39,289 bases of DNA from a virus, in IMG/VR virus record IMGVR_UViG_3300037067_022543. One strand, written 5' to 3'. This document shows, piece after piece, positions 34,923 to 39,289 of the stretch. The notes under the pieces were generated by a model. The model was not told the origin of the DNA and made no database searches. It saw only the letters and a list, made by a program, of their open reading frames with translations. Within the stretch, counting starts at the first letter, position 1; each line of letters opens with the position of its first letter. The position numbers and the translations under genes were made by a program.

Positions 34923-36581
34923 CTAATTATTTTCTCCAAATGAAAAATCATCACCATTGTATTCATTATTTACATCATTATTATCATTGTCTTCATGTAA
35001 TAAATTGTTTTCTGTTTCTGGAATTATAACATCAGATTCTTTTACATCAAGCAAGTTTTTTTCTTCTTCAGCTTTTTTAATCTCAATCTTTTTGGCGTCT
35101 TCATTTTCTATTTTTCCTACTATGCTTTCATATCCTTCTAATCCAGGCATGTCAGACAGCCTACCAGAGTTTGCATCAAAAGAAAGAGTATAACTATCCA
35201 AAGATCTATTAAATCTTGCCTTGGTTGATCTGAGGTATATCCTGTCTTTTGATTTTTGATCTATGGCAACTCCAAAAACATAATCTGCTGCTGCTACTAT
35301 TTTTTGAGAACCACTAACATCCCCAACACCAACATCTCCAACTGCACTAAAAGTATCTTTAGCTTTTTGCAGTTTTTTTACGCTTTCAGCCTTAAGTTGT
35401 TGAGCAGTTATAACAAGAATATCTGTTTTTTTGCCATAGGATTGAAAAACAGCAGAAACATCAGCTAATTCAAGATCTGGTCTATTGGGATAACTTTTAT
35501 CTCTGCCAACAACATCTAAATAATCTATAACTAAAACGTCAACAGTTCCAAAAGATCTTTTTCTTTCTACCATTTCTATTATTTTAGTTGCAGGAGTTCC
35601 TTGTACAACCTGTATCCATGAAAAGTTTTCTACCATATTTGTAGATAATTCTTCTTTGCCTTGCCTTAAAACTTTCATTATATCTTCATTGAGTCCATCA
35701 CTGCCGCTTCCGCCCCTTAATATTTTGTTTTCATCAATTCCGGCATATATACACAATACTCTTTGAGTTGCTCGCATATGTTCTGATTCTATTGTAACAT
35801 AAACAACATTGTTTTTGTTCATCGCCATATTCATTGCAACATTAAACATTACTGTTGTTTTTCCACCGTTAGGCATACCTGTAAAAACAAGGTACTTCCC
35901 ACGCAAAAAGCCCATAAATCTTTTATCAAGACATTTAAAGCCACTCATTAATCCATAATAGTTTTCTGGATGTTTTTGCCTATCTTCTATTTGTTCCCAA
36001 ACTTCTTTTAGGGAGTCTGTTAAAGAAACTGTTTGAGCATATTCATCATTTCCTGTCCCCTTAATAGATAAAATATCTTGAATAAAAGTTTCTACATCCT
36101 TATTACTACTAGATCTGGCTTCCAAAATAGTCTGATGATGTTTGTTTATTATATCTATAGCTTGCCTAGATAAGTTTCTGTTTTTTATTCCATTTTTTAA
36201 AGCAGAAAAATCTTCTATAGATATATCTAAATTAGCTATCTCATCATATAAACTTCTATAATAGGTTTGTTCTTCTTCTTTATAAAGTTTTGCAACTTCA
36301 TTTCTAAACTGTTCTCTGGTCAAAATAGATCTGTATTGATCGAAGTATTTAGCTATTATTTTGTATAATTCTGAAGTATCATTCCACCAAAAAAAAGAAT
36401 ACTTTATTCCAGAACTTATAGACTCTGATACAGCTTCTTTAGAATGCATTAAAATACTTATAAATGATTTTTCTTCTCTTAAGGCTATTTCTTTTGCCTT
36501 TGCATTATTTGCCATGCACCAAGGAGATTCTGCGCCATTTATTCTTTTAATATTATTTTCTTTTTTAGAATTTTGAAACAT
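34923..36581 (-). CDS. DnaB-family replicative helicase with acidic C-terminal tail
   Basis: Walker A FTGMPNGGKTT, Walker B VLVIDYLDVV, RecA-like C-domain; tail EDNDNNDVNNEYNGDDFSFGENN. Confidence 0.8.
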   Translation of the reverse strand: MFQNSKKENNIKRINGAESPWCMANNAKAKEIALREEKSFISILMHSKEAVSESISSGIKYSFFWWNDTSELYKIIAKYFDQYRSILTREQFRNEVAKLYKEEEQTYYRSLYDEIANLDISIEDFSALKNGIKNRNLSRQAIDIINKHHQTILEARSSSNKDVETFIQDILSIKGTGNDEYAQTVSLTDSLKEVWEQIEDRQKHPENYYGLMSGFKCLDKRFMGFLRGKYLVFTGMPNGGKTTVMFNVAMNMAMNKNNVVYVTIESEHMRATQRVLCIYAGIDENKILRGGSGSDGLNEDIMKVLRQGKEELSTNMVENFSWIQVVQGTPATKIIEMVERKRSFGTVDVLVIDYLDVVGRDKSYPNRPDLELADVSAVFQSYGKKTDILVITAQQLKAESVKKLQKAKDTFSAVGDVGVGDVSGSQKIVAAADYVFGVAIDQKSKDRIYLRSTKARFNRSLDSYTLSFDANSGRLSDMPGLEGYESIVGKIENEDAKKIEIKKAEEEKNLLDVKESDVIIPETENNLLHEDNDNNDVNNEYNGDDFSFGENN

Positions 36582-36582
36582 T

Positions 36583-37272
36583 TTATTTTAACCTAATTTT
36601 AAATACTTTATTTCTATCCACAGTTTGAATGATATTAGAAAAAGCTTTCCCAAATTCTTCTGGTGCTGAAAATTTCTCTGCTAATACAGTTAATGAAATA
36701 ATAGTTGGCTTGTTATACCTAATCCTATTAAATAATATAGAATCTAATATAGAAATACAATCATTAGTATCTCTTGGATGTTCTTTTAAATCAACTTCTC
36801 TTATAAATAAGCATGGAACTCTGGATAATTCATTGGCTAAATTAAATCTACTCTGATCAAACGTAGATAATCTTGTTATTATTTCAGACATTCTATAACT
36901 ACTTATAATTTCATCCATTAACAAAGCATTATAAACTAAAAATCTAAATAAACAAATTTCTCCAAAATATTCTCTTAAATCAGTAGCTTTTAAAGATGAA
37001 TAAGTTTTGTTTTCTTCTGGCTCTGCAGTTTCTATTAACAAAACCATTCCTTTATTAGACCAATTTGGTTTCACTTTATATATAAAAGCTCCAATATCAG
37101 AAGGAGAGATTACATTGTCTTCATAATATTTCTGGTGCAATAGTTCTACCATTTTGCCAACAGGAACAGCTATAGCTTCTTCTCTGATACCATATTCTTT
37201 AGCCATTAAAAGTAACCTATGCAGTTCTTTTTGCTCAACTAGAGAACTGTTATTTTGTTTCCACAATGTCAT
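36583..37272 (-). CDS. hypothetical protein
   Basis: 229-aa ORF. Confidence 0.55.
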   Translation of the reverse strand: MTLWKQNNSSLVEQKELHRLLLMAKEYGIREEAIAVPVGKMVELLHQKYYEDNVISPSDIGAFIYKVKPNWSNKGMVLLIETAEPEENKTYSSLKATDLREYFGEICLFRFLVYNALLMDEIISSYRMSEIITRLSTFDQSRFNLANELSRVPCLFIREVDLKEHPRDTNDCISILDSILFNRIRYNKPTIISLTVLAEKFSAPEEFGKAFSNIIQTVDRNKVFKIRLK

Positions 37273-39275
37273 ATTTCCCTCTTAAAAAAATCTTCTGCTA
37301 AATCTTTTTCTGATTCTATTAAAATGTTATTCTTTTTATAATAATCAAAAGAGCAACCACTATCCAACCAAAAGGTTTCATATCTCTTTACCCAGTCTTT
37401 AAGCAATACTTCTGGATGATTATTTATAAAGTCTTCACATAAAAATTTGCAAGTTGAATTAAATATACTTACACATATTGCTTTGTTGTCAGGATATTGG
37501 CAATTAACTTTTGCAAATATAGAATCTATCTTATTTTCAACATTATAGCCACAACCAAATTTTTTTCTTAAATAATTAGATACAACAATTACTCCAAAAA
37601 ACTTTAAAACTTTTAGAATATTATTATCACAATAATCATTATTAAACATTTTTTCAATTCTAAATATTATTGAATTTTCATTTATTATACTATTTTTAGG
37701 GCGATTAATAATCAAAATATCCTTTCTTCTAACTTCATCGAATGCTGCCCATGTTTTTCTTAAATATTCTATTGACATATATTTTGGATCATTCATTTTT
37801 TTATTTTTAAGAAATACCTGTGCATACCATTCCATCCATTCAATAGCAATAGACTCATTATTACAATTTCTTTTCATTAAATCGTCCATAACATAACCTG
37901 CACAGCACATTTCTCTTGGATAGTACCCTTCATAATTTGAAAAAACAACTTCCTTATGATGTTTCTTAATAATCCTTTTGAAGGTTTTAATAAAATCTTT
38001 TCTACTCCCCAATGTTTTTCCGGTTAATCCATTACAAATCCAACCATCTTTGTGATTCTTATATTTTCTTTCCCCATTGAATAATTTTATTTTACGAATT
38101 TTCTTTTGTTTTTTTACAAGAGAATCATTTTGAGGAACAATATCTTTTATGCACATATTATTTTCCATTTTTATATTCCCTCTTTTTTTAGCAGAATTAT
38201 TTACTTCATCATTTATATCTTTTTTGAAATTATTCTTCATGTCTATATTATACTTATTATTTATATTATTATATAAAGAATCTATAGAAGAATTATTCTT
38301 TTTATCTGTAGTCAACATATGGTCTTTGCATAAATCATTACTAATAAATGTTTTAACTTCGTTTCTGTACTCTGAGCTAAAAGCGTTTTTACGCTTGTAG
38401 CTAATGGTATTTTCTGTAAAAGAAACATCAGATTTATCATTAGCTAAAAGCGTTTTCTCTACATTATAGTCTTTGATTTTTATGAATTTTGATGATAAAT
38501 TTAGATTAAGAATTTTGTCAATTAGTTCTGGATTTTTCTCCCTTATTTTTATTTGTATATCCTTATTGAGACCATAAAATTCGTCAAATTTTGAAAGTTC
38601 TTTAATTAGATATGAATTTAAATATTCATACGAACTAATATCTTTTTTCATCTCACTAAATTGTTTTATATTTTTAGAAACATCTATAGACATATGTGAT
38701 ATAATTCTTTTATAAACATAATTAGCAAAATGGAGCATGGACTTTTCAATTGTAAATTTTTTATTTATTTGCCTAACTATATCACAAACTTTTTTACAAA
38801 CTTCTTGATTACTACTAATTATTCTAATGGCTGTTGATGGCAAAATAGGAGTAGATCCTTCCCAATACTTCCATTGATAAATCTCTGGTTCTATAGAAAA
38901 TAATCTAATAATTACATTATATTTTTTGGAATAACAATATCTATATTCATGTATAATATTTAAATCAATTAGTTCTTTAATACGTTTGTTATAGTAGTAA
39001 ACTGTTGTTTCAGAAGAAAACTTTCCACTACAGAATGACATTATATCATATGGATTGATAGAGTTTTTGGACCATATATCAGGAGAAGAATCCTTATGAT
39101 AAAAAATGTCTTTTTCAACAGATGCTGAAATATAAATGGCTGGATATTGAAGTCTTTTAGGTAAAGATAAAAAACAAAGACTTACATTTGGATTTATTTT
39201 TTTAAACCATTTTTTAATTGAAGTACTGTTTTTAATTTCATTAATATCTTCTTTAAACTTGATGTTTTCTTGCAT
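37269..39275 (-). CDS. large hypothetical protein with Asn/Lys-rich low-complexity centre
   Basis: 668-aa ORF, ATG start; no recognisable catalytic motif. Confidence 0.6.
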   Translation of the reverse strand: MQENIKFKEDINEIKNSTSIKKWFKKINPNVSLCFLSLPKRLQYPAIYISASVEKDIFYHKDSSPDIWSKNSINPYDIMSFCSGKFSSETTVYYYNKRIKELIDLNIIHEYRYCYSKKYNVIIRLFSIEPEIYQWKYWEGSTPILPSTAIRIISSNQEVCKKVCDIVRQINKKFTIEKSMLHFANYVYKRIISHMSIDVSKNIKQFSEMKKDISSYEYLNSYLIKELSKFDEFYGLNKDIQIKIREKNPELIDKILNLNLSSKFIKIKDYNVEKTLLANDKSDVSFTENTISYKRKNAFSSEYRNEVKTFISNDLCKDHMLTTDKKNNSSIDSLYNNINNKYNIDMKNNFKKDINDEVNNSAKKRGNIKMENNMCIKDIVPQNDSLVKKQKKIRKIKLFNGERKYKNHKDGWICNGLTGKTLGSRKDFIKTFKRIIKKHHKEVVFSNYEGYYPREMCCAGYVMDDLMKRNCNNESIAIEWMEWYAQVFLKNKKMNDPKYMSIEYLRKTWAAFDEVRRKDILIINRPKNSIINENSIIFRIEKMFNNDYCDNNILKVLKFFGVIVVSNYLRKKFGCGYNVENKIDSIFAKVNCQYPDNKAICVSIFNSTCKFLCEDFINNHPEVLLKDWVKRYETFWLDSGCSFDYYKKNNILIESEKDLAEDFFKREI

Positions 39276-39289
39276 TTTATTGTGCCAAT

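Noticed and set aside
1-39289. CRISPR arrays, integrases, transposases, IS elements
   Set aside because: No regularly spaced direct repeats and no recombinase or transposase motifs were recognised. The only repeats are the diverged protein-coding paralogs.

Overview
The window is strongly AT-rich, and almost every gene is on the minus strand. Genes are tightly packed, often with overlapping stop and start codons and AAAGGAG-type ribosome-binding sites. I read it as part of a large, jumbo-like virulent bacteriophage of an AT-rich bacterial host. No integrase or transposase is visible.

Recognisable content:
- Replication: a DnaB-family helicase, a DnaG-type primase zinc-binding domain, and a RecJ-like DHH exonuclease.
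- DNA modification: a divergent ThyA-family enzyme, three DNA methyltransferases, two small-molecule SAM methyltransferase folds, and three HNH endonucleases.
- Chaperones: a J-domain protein next to a ClpA/B-like double AAA+ ATPase.
- An NfeD-SPFH (band 7) membrane pair, a lipoprotein, and an HPRT-like phosphoribosyltransferase.
- An island of nine class-II tRNAs (Ser GCU, GGA, UGA, CGA; Leu CAA, GAG, UAG x2, UAA), interrupted by a small CDS and an HNH homing endonuclease. A promoter and a terminator/antiterminator module sit inside it, followed by a degenerate tRNA-like element.
- A full tmRNA (ssrA) with a G3:U70 acceptor stem and predicted tag ADKASYLMAA.

The most unusual feature is a seven-member paralogous protein family. 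All members start with the near-invariant peptide MKIR(E/N)GFVSNSSS(S/T)SF followed by a hydrophobic stretch, then diverge. The members are interleaved with a SPASM-type radical-SAM enzyme, a small acidic protein and methyltransferase folds. I flag this as a candidate undescribed protein-maturation or targeting system. It is not a classical RiPP cluster.

Two GC-rich non-coding islands (7595-7800 and 19819-19910) look like structured RNA or regulatory elements.
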